Assembly: GCA_964422925.1 (NCBI GenBank)
Contig: CAYRDC010000015.1
Span: forward strand, 675 to 64,674
Origin: an uncultured Chitinophagales bacterium
GTDB lineage: Bacteria; Bacteroidota; Bacteroidia; Chitinophagales; S012-47
Reading direction: 5' to 3'
Length of the DNA stretch: 64,000 bases
The translations under genes were made by a program, and so were the position numbers. Below the pieces are notes generated by a model. It was given only the letters and a program-made list of their open reading frames with translations. It made no database searches and had not been told where the DNA came from. This document shows, piece by piece, positions 1-8,404 of this stretch; the stretch's first letter is position 1, and each line of letters opens with the position of its first letter.

Positions 1-854
1 ATGGCGGCATCTTCAAATATGATGTTGGCGGCTTTGCCGCCCAGTTCCAGGGTAACTTTTTTCCGGGTACCGGCTATGGCTTTCTGGATGATTTTGCCCA
101 CTTCGGTGGATCCCGTAAAGGCGATTTTGTCCACATCCGGGTGGTTCACTATGGCCGCCCCGGTATCGCCAAACCCGGTGACAATGTTGACCACACCGGG
201 CGGAAGGCCGCTTTCTTCAATGAGTTCGGCCAGTTTTAGGGCAGTGAGCGGGGTGGTCTCTGCCGGTTTCAGTACCACGGTGTTGCCCGTAGCCAGCGCG
301 GGGGCCAGTTTCCAGGCAGCCATCAGCAAAGGAAAATTCCAAGGAATGATCTGGCCGGCCACCCCTACCGGACGGGCTTTTCTTCCCGGGAAAGCGTATT
401 CAAGTTTATCCGCCCAGCCGGCATAATAGAAAAAGTGGGCGGCTGCCAGGGGAATGTCCACATCGCGCGATTCACGGATGGGCTTGCCCCCGTCCAGTGA
501 CTCGATCACGGCAAATTCGCGGGCCCGCTCCTGGATCATACGGGCGATGCGGTAAACATATTTACCCCTTTCCTTCGGGGAGAGTTTCTTCCAAACGTTT
601 TCATAAGCCTTGCGGGCCGCCTTAACCGCGCGGTCGACATCTGCCACAGACCCGCGGGCTACCCGCGCCAGCACTTCTTCATTGGCCGGATTAATGGTTT
701 CGAAATATTCTCCTTCAGCCGGCTTTACCCATTTGCCATTAATAAAATGGCCATATACCTTTTTCAGGGAGATATGATCGGTGCTTTCCGGGGCCGGAGC
801 ATATTCCCATTCGGTCTGAAACTGAAGAGACGGTGTTTTTTCCTTACTGGCCAT
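1..854 (-). CDS. Aldehyde dehydrogenase family protein, partial (3' end runs off the window start)
   Basis: Not in the ORF track. Manual minus-strand translation from ATG at 854: MASKEKTPSLQFQTEWEYAPAPES...IIPWNFPLLMAAWKLAPALATGNTVVLKPAE...KIAFTGSTEVG...VTLELGGK, i.e. ALDH cofactor-binding and catalytic-Glu motifs. Start overlaps the deoC stop (TAATG). Confidence 0.95.
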   Translation of the reverse strand, partial: MASKEKTPSLQFQTEWEYAPAPESTDHISLKKVYGHFINGKWVKPAEGEYFETINPANEEVLARVARGSVADVDRAVKAARKAYENVWKKLSPKERGKYVYRIARMIQERAREFAVIESLDGGKPIRESRDVDIPLAAAHFFYYAGWADKLEYAFPGRKARPVGVAGQIIPWNFPLLMAAWKLAPALATGNTVVLKPAETTPLTALKLAELIEESGLPPGVVNIVTGFGDTGAAIVNHPDVDKIAFTGSTEVGKIIQKAIAGTRKKVTLELGGKAANIIFEDAA

Positions 855-1771
855 TAGTCAATACTAAAGTAATTAATGCTTTGGTAAATGCCGGTTTCCT
901 GCTTTACGATTTGCATGAGCACATCATTAGCCAGGCTGCTGGCACCGAAGCGGAACAGTTCCGGTGTCATCCAATCCTGCCCCAGGGTTTCGCGCAGCAT
1001 CACCAGGTAATGCAGGGCCTGCTTGGCCTTGCGGATGCCTCCGGCCGGTTTCATCCCGGCTTTGTGCCCGGTTTCAAAGTAATAATCGCGGATCGCTTCC
1101 AGCATTACCAGGGTAACTTCCATGGTCGCGGCCGGGCTTACCTTTCCCGTGGAGGTTTTAATAAAATCGGCCCCGGCATGCAGGGCAATGTCACTGGCCC
1201 TGCGCACATTGTCAAGCGTGACCAGCTCACCGGTTTCAAGGATCACCTTCAGATGAGCAGGTCTGCAGGCTTCCTTTACCCGGGCAATTTCATCAAATAC
1301 ATAACTGTAATCGCCTTGCAGGAAGCGGCCGCGGGAAATAACCATGTCGATTTCATCGGCTCCTTCTTCAAGAGCATATCGTGCTTCCTGCACCTTAATA
1401 TCCATGTTGCTCATTCCGCTGGGGAAAGCGGTGGCTACACTGGCCACCTTGATGTCCGAACCCTCCAGCTCCTGCCTGGCTACCCTTACCATGGACGGGT
1501 AGACACACACGGCTGCCACCGTGGGCAGGCCGGGATAATCATCGTGCAGGTGCAATGCCTTGTAACACAATTGGCGCACCTTGCCCTGGGTGTCCTTCCC
1601 CTCCAGAGTAGTCAGATCAATCATGCCCAGCACCATCTTTAGCCCGTTAATTTTGCTTTGCTTTTTGATGCTGCGCTTACAGAACCGGGCTACCCGTTCC
1701 TGCACGGCTACCTGGTCAATCCTGCGGGATTGCCGGAAGTCAGGAATTATCGGGTTTGTGGCTTGTTTCAT
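854..1771 (-). CDS. deoC: Deoxyribose-phosphate aldolase
   Basis: IDLTTLEG, AAVCVYP, ASVATAFPSG, ADEIDMV, LKVILETGEL, DFIKTSTGK, KPAGGIR, FRFGASSL. ATG at 1771 preferred because the ORF-track start (1792) lies inside a TATATTTG promoter box. Confidence 0.95.
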   Translation of the reverse strand: MKQATNPIIPDFRQSRRIDQVAVQERVARFCKRSIKKQSKINGLKMVLGMIDLTTLEGKDTQGKVRQLCYKALHLHDDYPGLPTVAAVCVYPSMVRVARQELEGSDIKVASVATAFPSGMSNMDIKVQEARYALEEGADEIDMVISRGRFLQGDYSYVFDEIARVKEACRPAHLKVILETGELVTLDNVRRASDIALHAGADFIKTSTGKVSPAATMEVTLVMLEAIRDYYFETGHKAGMKPAGGIRKAKQALHYLVMLRETLGQDWMTPELFRFGASSLANDVLMQIVKQETGIYQSINYFSID

Positions 1772-1789
1772 GGATAGGATTTGCCTGTT

Positions 1790-1797
1790 CAAATATA
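1790..1797 (-). promoter_or_regulatory. Bacteroidota -7 promoter box (TATATTTG) for deoC-ALDH
   Basis: Exact TAnnTTTG match 18 nt upstream of the ATG. Confidence 0.6.
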
Positions 1798-2004
1798 CAA
1801 ATAATCACCCCCCTTGCCTGCCCCATCGCCCGCTGTTCCCCAGCGAAAACGCTCAAATCTGCCCTATTTTGAAAAGACAGAAATGTTCATTGTCTTAAAA
1901 AATAGATAAACAATTTGATACACATAATTAATAACAATTCTGTTAGCTGATTAGAATCATGTCTATAAGTGACAGAAGTCATATGAAAAGGGCAGGTGCG
2001 AGAA

Positions 2005-2012
2005 TACTTTTG
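2005..2012 (+). promoter_or_regulatory. Bacteroidota -7 promoter box (TACTTTTG) for the sqr operon
   Basis: Exact TAnnTTTG match 25 nt upstream of the ATG at 2038. Confidence 0.55.
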
Positions 2013-2037
2013 AATTGAACTTAAAAGCTGAAGCCTG

Positions 2038-3285
2038 ATGAAACAAATGCTGATTTTAGGAGGTGGGACGGGGGGGACCATAATGGCCAATAAATTTGCC
2101 AAAACCCTTGATCGCAGGGAATGGGAAATCACCGTAATTGACCGGGACCGGAATCACTATTACCAGCCCGGTTTTTTGTTTATCCCATTTGGAATTTATG
2201 GCAAGGACGATGTTGTAAAGCCAAAAGCCCGTTTTTTCACGCCTGAAGTAAACCTGTTGTTTGAGGAAGTCGAAAAAATTAAACCGGAAGAAAACCATAT
2301 AATACTGAAAAATGGCAAATCGGTTGCTTACGATATTCTGATCATTGCCACGGGGTCGAAAATCCAGCCTGAAGAAATCCCAGGGCTGAAAGATAAGCTT
2401 TGGAACAAAGATATTTTTAATTTCTATACGTATGAAGGTGCCCTGAAACTGGCCGAAAAATTCAGAAGGTGGGAAGGCGGCCGGCTGGTATTGAACGTGG
2501 CAGATATGCCCATTAAATGCCCGGTGGCCCCTCTGGAATTTGTATTCCTGGCCGATTGGTATTTCGATGAAGTGCGCCACATGCGCAACAAAGTGGAAAT
2601 TACTTATGTAACCCCGCTGGCCGGTGCTTTCACAAAGCCCAAGGCTACTAAAATGCTCAGCGGGTTGCTGGAAAAGAAAAACATTAATGTCATACCTGAT
2701 TTCTACCTGGAAAGGGTAGACAATGACCATAAAAAGCTGATTTCGTTTGACGAAAAAGAAGTGGAGTTTGATTTGTTGGTCAGTATACCGACTAACAAGG
2801 GGGATGATGTGATTGAACGTAGTGGGATGGGCGATGAGGATGAACTCAATTTTATCCCGACCGATAAGCACACCCTGCAATCGCCCGAGTATGAAAATGT
2901 GTTTGTGATCGGAGATGCCACCAATGTGCCTGCCTCCAAGGCGGGATCCGTAGTGCACTTTATGGCAGACATCCTTTATGAAAACGTGCTGAGTTATTTG
3001 GATGGCAGGCTATTGGAGGCCCGGTTTGACGGACATGCCAATTGTTTCATCGAAACCGGTTATGGAAAAGCGGCTCTTATAGATTTCAATTATGAAACCG
3101 AACCATTGCCCGGTAAGTATCCCCTGCCGGGTATAGGGCCGCTGGAATTGCTGGCCGAATCCAAAGCAAACCACTACGGTAAGCTGATGTTCCGCTGGTT
3201 GTACTGGCATATGCTGCTAAAAGACCGGCCCATTCCGATCGATTCCCATTTGTCCCTGGCTGGAAAAATTCTGGAAGATGCATGA
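2038..3285 (+). CDS. sqr: Sulfide:quinone oxidoreductase-like FAD oxidoreductase (probably type III)
   Basis: ILGGGTGG FAD motif, HYYQPGFLF, IIATGS, KCPVAPLEF and CFIETGYGKA cysteine motifs, VFVIGDA. Confidence 0.85.
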   Translation: MKQMLILGGGTGGTIMANKFAKTLDRREWEITVIDRDRNHYYQPGFLFIPFGIYGKDDVVKPKARFFTPEVNLLFEEVEKIKPEENHIILKNGKSVAYDILIIATGSKIQPEEIPGLKDKLWNKDIFNFYTYEGALKLAEKFRRWEGGRLVLNVADMPIKCPVAPLEFVFLADWYFDEVRHMRNKVEITYVTPLAGAFTKPKATKMLSGLLEKKNINVIPDFYLERVDNDHKKLISFDEKEVEFDLLVSIPTNKGDDVIERSGMGDEDELNFIPTDKHTLQSPEYENVFVIGDATNVPASKAGSVVHFMADILYENVLSYLDGRLLEARFDGHANCFIETGYGKAALIDFNYETEPLPGKYPLPGIGPLELLAESKANHYGKLMFRWLYWHMLLKDRPIPIDSHLSLAGKILEDA

Positions 3286-3997
3286 TGTAACTGCCATAAC
3301 CAATCATAAGGGCAGCGACCTGGGCAATCGGCTCGACCGCCTGGAACAAAAACTGGATACTATTCTTTTTGAAATCCAGCGGGAAAAAGCCCGGAATGAG
3401 TCGGCTGCCGATTTAGGTAAAGAGCTTTCTGTCGTTGCCAACGACCTGTTTCATTCCATAAGTGAAGAGCTTGACAAGCAGGGCGTGCAACTTTCTTTGA
3501 GCGATGTGAGCCGGTTGCTGATTGAGTTGATCCATAATCTTCCAGATATCATTGGATTACTCCGCTCGCTGGAAGAACTGAACGACCTATTGAAAGATGC
3601 CGGACCAATAGTCAATGATTTGTTCAAGTCAATGGTACCCAGACTGGATGAACTGGACCGGAAAGGATATTTTGAATTCTTCAGGGAAACAATTTCCATC
3701 ATCGATAATATCCTTTCCACATATTCAGCTAAAGATGTCAGGGAATTAGCTGACAATGTGGTAACAATACTGGAAACGGTGCGCAATATGACACAGCCGG
3801 ATATGCTTAAAGCAATGAACAATGGAATCCGGGTCTATAAGAACCTGGATACCCGCGACATACCGGAATATTCTCTTTGGAAAGCTTTACGTGAACTCAA
3901 CAGTCCTGAATTGAAGAAAGGCATTGGGTTCATGATTACTTTCCTGAAGAATATTGCCCGGGAAAGAGTAAATGGAGACGGAAAAAACATTACTTAA
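3278..3997 (+). CDS. DUF1641-domain protein
   Basis: Helical protein ending SLWKALRELNSPELKKGIGFMITFLKNI, the DUF1641-like C-terminal signature; overlaps the sqr stop by 8 nt. Confidence 0.75.
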   Translation: MHDVTAITNHKGSDLGNRLDRLEQKLDTILFEIQREKARNESAADLGKELSVVANDLFHSISEELDKQGVQLSLSDVSRLLIELIHNLPDIIGLLRSLEELNDLLKDAGPIVNDLFKSMVPRLDELDRKGYFEFFRETISIIDNILSTYSAKDVRELADNVVTILETVRNMTQPDMLKAMNNGIRVYKNLDTRDIPEYSLWKALRELNSPELKKGIGFMITFLKNIARERVNGDGKNIT

Positions 3998-4015
3998 CCC
4001 AAAAAACCCATTACC

Positions 4016-4327
4016 ATGACTGTAAAAACCATTGCCAACCTGAACCTGGAAGTAACCGATGAAGGATACCTGCTGGATCCTTCTCAATGGAACGAAGACA
4101 TAGCACGGGAAATAGCCCGCGAGCTGAACATTGAACTGACGGACAAGCACTGGGAGGTAATCCGCTATATCCGCGATCGCTTTGAAAAAGGCGAAGCGCT
4201 CAGCATCCGGAAAATCGGTAAATCCGGAATCGTGGATATTAAACAGTTCTACCAGCTGTTTCCGGGCGGGCCACTGAAAATGGCGACCAAAATTGCTGGT
4301 ATTCCGAAACCTGTCAGCTGTGTTTAA
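4016..4327 (+). CDS. TusE/DsrC-family sulfur relay protein (single C-terminal Cys)
   Basis: DEGYLLDPSQWNEDIA, LTDKHWEVIRYIR, LFPGGP, KIAGIPKPVSCV. Confidence 0.9.
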   Translation: MTVKTIANLNLEVTDEGYLLDPSQWNEDIAREIARELNIELTDKHWEVIRYIRDRFEKGEALSIRKIGKSGIVDIKQFYQLFPGGPLKMATKIAGIPKPVSCV

Positions 4328-4333
4328 AATGTT

Positions 4334-4897
4334 ATGTACCTAAAAACCAAGGCCATGGAAGATACATTAATGGAACCGGGCGTGGAATCCAAAGAAGCAC
4401 CCGGAAAAGAAAAACCACTGAAAAAAATATTGGTGATCTGTGCCAAGGGTAACCTGGAAGATGTATATGCAGCCCTGGTGCTGACCAATGGTGCATTGAT
4501 GGAGGGTATGGAGGCCAATATCTTCTTTACCTTTTTCGGACTGGATGCCATCACCAAAAAACGGATGGATAAGCTGCATACCGCCACTTTGGGCAATCCG
4601 GCCATGCGTATGCCAGGAGGGTTGCCTTTCCCGTCCATTTTAGGTATGCTTCCCGGTGTGGAAGCCGGTGTGTCGGCCATGATGAGAAAGGAGATGGAAA
4701 AACTGGATATCCCTCCGGTTAGTGAATTTCTGGAAATGATTAGTGCTGCCGGTGGAAAAATTTACGCCTGTAAACTGGCGGTAGACATGTTTAAACTGAA
4801 AAGGGAAGATTTTATTGATGACCTGGACGGCATCATTACCGTGGGCGAGATGTTCGCCCTGGCCGGTGGTGATGCCACACAGATTATTTTTGTTTAA
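4334..4897 (+). CDS. DsrE/DsrF-like (DsrE_2 type) sulfurtransferase
   Basis: ANIFFTFFGL, EFLEMISAAGGKIYACKLAVDMF, terminal IIFV. Confidence 0.85.
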   Translation: MYLKTKAMEDTLMEPGVESKEAPGKEKPLKKILVICAKGNLEDVYAALVLTNGALMEGMEANIFFTFFGLDAITKKRMDKLHTATLGNPAMRMPGGLPFPSILGMLPGVEAGVSAMMRKEMEKLDIPPVSEFLEMISAAGGKIYACKLAVDMFKLKREDFIDDLDGIITVGEMFALAGGDATQIIFV

Positions 4898-4949
4898 TCT
4901 CCACAAATTAAAACACACAAAAGCCGCACATTCTTTTCCTGTCACAATC

Positions 4950-5008
4950 GGGGATGCCTCTTTATATTAGGTTAGGTAATGGGCTTCAATTTCAATAGAG
5001 GCATCCCC
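4950..5008. repeat. 12-bp perfect inverted repeat with a 35-nt spacer
   Basis: GGGGATGCCTCT (4950-4961) / AGAGGCATCCCC (4997-5008). Confidence 0.9.
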
Positions 5009-5064
5009 ACCCACCTCTTTCTGAATTTTTTGATTTTCCAATTGATTAATTGCCGGTGAGGGCA

Positions 5065-5072
5065 TATATTTG
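5065..5072 (+). promoter_or_regulatory. -7 promoter box (TATATTTG) upstream of the putative 6S RNA
   Basis: Exact TAnnTTTG; TTG at 5042-5044 is 20 nt upstream. Confidence 0.55.
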
Positions 5073-5100
5073 AATCCGGATACTGTTCTTTAAAAAGTTT

Positions 5101-5295
5101 GTTGCCCGCGCTGGTCCATACTATTTGAGAAACTTAACACTATTCAATAGAAGACCTGTTCGCAGGAGCAAGAGCGGGCCCCAATCCGGCTTGCCGGATC
5201 CCGGAATCAGGGCAGGGGATACTCGACCTTCTGCGGCAACTTCAACCATGGCTATTTTGAGGTTTTCTTCAAACTCAATGGATGCGCGGGCTTTT
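5101..5295 (+). ncRNA. ssrS: Putative 6S RNA (Bacteroidota type)
   Basis: End-to-end rod: 5104-5111 pairs with 5284-5291; 5124-5135 with 5259-5273 (bulged); 5161-5168 with 5228-5235; apical hairpin 5184-5199; unpaired central bubble; followed by a 10-nt T run. Length ~190 nt. Confidence 0.7.
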
Positions 5296-5531
5296 TTTTT
5301 TGATAATTTGCCCGTTTTCTTCCACCTTCCGCACTTAAAATTTCATTAAAATTTCCACAGAATTTCACATCAGGCACTTGCATTATCCAAATGCTGACAA
5401 TGTATAAATAACTGGATTTTAGAAAATCCGAATAGATACATTGAGCGCATCCTTAAAGTATTATAAATCCCGTCCAGCTATTTTAATGATTTGTTAATAA
5501 AGGTTTCGTTGGCTCGAGCCCTGATTCCATT

Positions 5532-5539
5532 TACATTTG
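5532..5539 (+). promoter_or_regulatory. -7 promoter box (TACATTTG) for the TonB-dependent receptor
   Basis: Exact TAnnTTTG 19 nt upstream of the ATG at 5559. Confidence 0.6.
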
Positions 5540-5558
5540 CCTCAAAATCACCATTGCT

Positions 5559-8345
5559 ATGAAAAGATTACTGACCTTTATGATGAGCGCTTTGCTTGCG
5601 GTAGGTGTATTCGCCCAGGGCGGAACCATCAGCGGCAAAGTAATTGACAAAGAAACCGGTGAAACGCTGGTTGGTGCCAATGTGGTTATCAAAGGCACAC
5701 CAAGGGGTACTGCTACGGATGTCAATGGGCAGTTTACCTTGAAAAATGTTCCGGATGGAGCTGAAATCATGGCTTCCATGCTGGGGTATGAAGCTGTGAC
5801 AAAGCCCGCAGCTCCACAGATGATCTTTGAACTGGCTCCTTCAGCTACTGAACTCAGTGAATTGGAGATCGTAGCCGATCGTTCCTCCCGGGAAGCCCCG
5901 TTTGCTTTCACTTATCTGAAAAAAGAAGATGTCACGAACCGACTGGGCAGTCGTGATCTTCCGCTTGTTTTGAACAACACGCCCTCGATTTATGCTACCA
6001 ACCAGGGTGGCGGGGCTGGTGACGCACGGATTAATGTGCGCGGGTTTAACCAGCGTAATGTGGCTATTATGATTAACGGGGTCCCGGTAAACGATATGGA
6101 AAACGGATGGGTTTACTGGTCCAACTGGGATGGTATTGGCGATGCCACTTCTTCCATCCAGGTGCAGCGCGGGCTCAGTTCCGTAAACCTGGCAGTTCCT
6201 TCCATCGGTGGCACGCTGAATATTATCACTGATCCGGCCGGAAAAGTACAGGGTGCTTCCGTAAAACAGGAATTTGGTTCCTGGAACTTTAAGAAAACCA
6301 CCATTACCCTGAATTCCGGCCTGATTAATGACAAATTTGCCATCAGCGGGTCGATTGTACGCAAAACCGGTGACGGGTTCTATGAAGGGACCTACACGGA
6401 TGCCTGGGCCTATTACCTGGGTATGTCTTACAAGGCCGGTAAAAAGGACAAATTTGAACTCTTTGCCATTGGCGCTCCGCAAAAGCACGGGCAAAACCTT
6501 TACAAACAAAATATTGCTACCTACAGCCATGCTTTCGCGGAAAGCCTCAGTGACTACGACCCTGCGGCCCTGGATAAATTCCAGGAAGCCGGGCGTACGT
6601 TTAACCAAAACTACGGGACAGTGGATCCTACCTATAGAGGTAAACAGTCCTATGGCATGTATCAATATTTCAGCCATGTGGACCGTTCCAGCCCGTATTT
6701 TATTCTTGAACGGGAGAACTTCTTCCACAAGCCCCAGGTAAACCTGAACTGGTACCACACTTTCAGCGACCGTATGCAATGGGCTACCATCGCCTATTGG
6801 AGCGGTGGCCATGGCGGAGGTGCCGGAACCTATGGCAAACTGTACCGCAGGGATGCCAACGGCAACCTGGGCGACAACGATTACAAATTCTATTACGGAC
6901 CATCTCCCTGGCGCTGGGACTGGAATGCTACCATTGCCATGAACCAGGCCAATGCCGATACCTTCTGGATTGACAAAAAGCCTTACTGGAAAGAAGACCA
7001 GCAAAGTATCGGAATCCTTCGAGCCAGCCGCAACAATCAATGGACCCTTGGGGCTATTTCGAAACTTTACTACGATGTGACCGACAATTTCAAGACAGTA
7101 ATTGGAATTGACTGGCGAACGGCCCAGATCGATCACTTCCGTGAAGTGCGTGACCTGCTGGGTGGTAACTATTTCGTGTTCAAAGGCAATGACTTTGATA
7201 CCGATTCCGCCTCATGGAATAAACAGCTGGGCGACATCATCGATTATCATTTCACCAATACAGTTGACTGGTTTGGCGCTTATGTCCAGGGTCAATATGA
7301 AACATCCAACCTGAGCGCCTATCTGATGTTGGGCTGGAACACGATTGGTTACACTTACACAAACCATTTTGTGAACGCGGCCAATGATCCCAATGCTACC
7401 GCCAATGACAAAGGTGAACTGTATGCTGAAAGCAAAGGGCATATGGGTTACCAGGTCAAAGGCGGCCTGATGTACCACTTCAATGAAAACTTCGGCATTT
7501 TCGCCAATGGCGGCCTGATATCGAAAACACCCATTTTTGACGCGGTGATCAACGACCGGACAGCCACGGTATATCCCAATCCTAGAAACGAGCGCTTCCG
7601 TTCGTTTGAAAGCGGGGTTGACGCCACGCTGCTGAATGGTGACCTGACGGCCAAGATCGGATATTACAATACTACTTGGATGGACCGTACCCAGATTCTT
7701 ATAACCAACAATCAGGACGGTACCGATGGATTCATCTTCCTGACGGGGATGAACGCCAACCACGCGGGCATTGAAATAGAAAGTGCCTGGCAACCCTGCC
7801 GCCAATTCCGCCTGGACGCTGCCGCGAGTTTCGGCAACTGGCACATGATTGACGATGTTAGCGGAACTTATACCACTTGGGAACCGGATACAGCCGGTAA
7901 CCTGGTGGAAACCACCAAGGATTATAACTACTATGTGAAGGACCTGAAAGTGGGAGATGCTCCGCAAACCCAGATTGCCCTGGCGCCCACGGTTTATCCG
8001 TCCAACAGTTTGAGCATCCAGCTGGTGTATCGCTATTATGCCAATAACTACGCAAACTGGGATCCCTTCAGCCGTACGAATGAAACCGACCGCACGCAAA
8101 GCTGGAAAGCGCCAAATTATGGTGTGGTTGACATGCATGTTAATTATATCCTGCCTGTTAGCATTGAAGGTATGCAGGTGGAAACCTTCCTCCACGTATT
8201 CAACTTGTTGAATAATGTGTATATCCAGGATGCCGTGGACAACAGCCGGTATAATGCATTTGACGGCAACCATACGGCTGATGACGCGGAAGTGTTCTTT
8301 GGACTGCCCCGGAATTTTAATGCTGGCTTCAGGGTTCGCTTCTAA
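5559..8345 (+). CDS. TonB-dependent receptor with an N-terminal carboxypeptidase-regulatory-like domain
   Basis: Signal peptide, ISGKVIDKETGETLVGANV, plug motif INVRGFNQRNVAIMINGVPVND, C-terminal RNFNAGFRVRF. Confidence 0.92.
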   Translation: MKRLLTFMMSALLAVGVFAQGGTISGKVIDKETGETLVGANVVIKGTPRGTATDVNGQFTLKNVPDGAEIMASMLGYEAVTKPAAPQMIFELAPSATELSELEIVADRSSREAPFAFTYLKKEDVTNRLGSRDLPLVLNNTPSIYATNQGGGAGDARINVRGFNQRNVAIMINGVPVNDMENGWVYWSNWDGIGDATSSIQVQRGLSSVNLAVPSIGGTLNIITDPAGKVQGASVKQEFGSWNFKKTTITLNSGLINDKFAISGSIVRKTGDGFYEGTYTDAWAYYLGMSYKAGKKDKFELFAIGAPQKHGQNLYKQNIATYSHAFAESLSDYDPAALDKFQEAGRTFNQNYGTVDPTYRGKQSYGMYQYFSHVDRSSPYFILERENFFHKPQVNLNWYHTFSDRMQWATIAYWSGGHGGGAGTYGKLYRRDANGNLGDNDYKFYYGPSPWRWDWNATIAMNQANADTFWIDKKPYWKEDQQSIGILRASRNNQWTLGAISKLYYDVTDNFKTVIGIDWRTAQIDHFREVRDLLGGNYFVFKGNDFDTDSASWNKQLGDIIDYHFTNTVDWFGAYVQGQYETSNLSAYLMLGWNTIGYTYTNHFVNAANDPNATANDKGELYAESKGHMGYQVKGGLMYHFNENFGIFANGGLISKTPIFDAVINDRTATVYPNPRNERFRSFESGVDATLLNGDLTAKIGYYNTTWMDRTQILITNNQDGTDGFIFLTGMNANHAGIEIESAWQPCRQFRLDAAASFGNWHMIDDVSGTYTTWEPDTAGNLVETTKDYNYYVKDLKVGDAPQTQIALAPTVYPSNSLSIQLVYRYYANNYANWDPFSRTNETDRTQSWKAPNYGVVDMHVNYILPVSIEGMQVETFLHVFNLLNNVYIQDAVDNSRYNAFDGNHTADDAEVFFGLPRNFNAGFRVRF

Positions 8346-8362
8346 GTATAAACACCAAGCCA

Positions 8363-8404
8363 TGAAAGAGAGAAAGCCGCGAATTCGCGGCTTTCTCTCT
8401 TTCA
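8363..8404. terminator. Perfect 42-bp palindrome, probable bidirectional terminator
   Basis: TGAAAGAGAGAAAGCCGCGAA|TTCGCGGCTTTCTCTCTTTCA between convergent genes. Confidence 0.8.

Noticed and set aside
1-426. 141-aa plus-strand ORF
   Set aside because: Antisense shadow of the minus-strand ALDH.
5125-5349. 74-aa ORF
   Set aside because: TTG start, no recognisable protein features, and it overlaps the structured RNA, which explains the sequence better.
5300-5558. Possible cobalamin or TPP riboswitch ahead of the TonB receptor
   Set aside because: No conserved aptamer motifs recognised, and the -7 box leaves only a very short leader.
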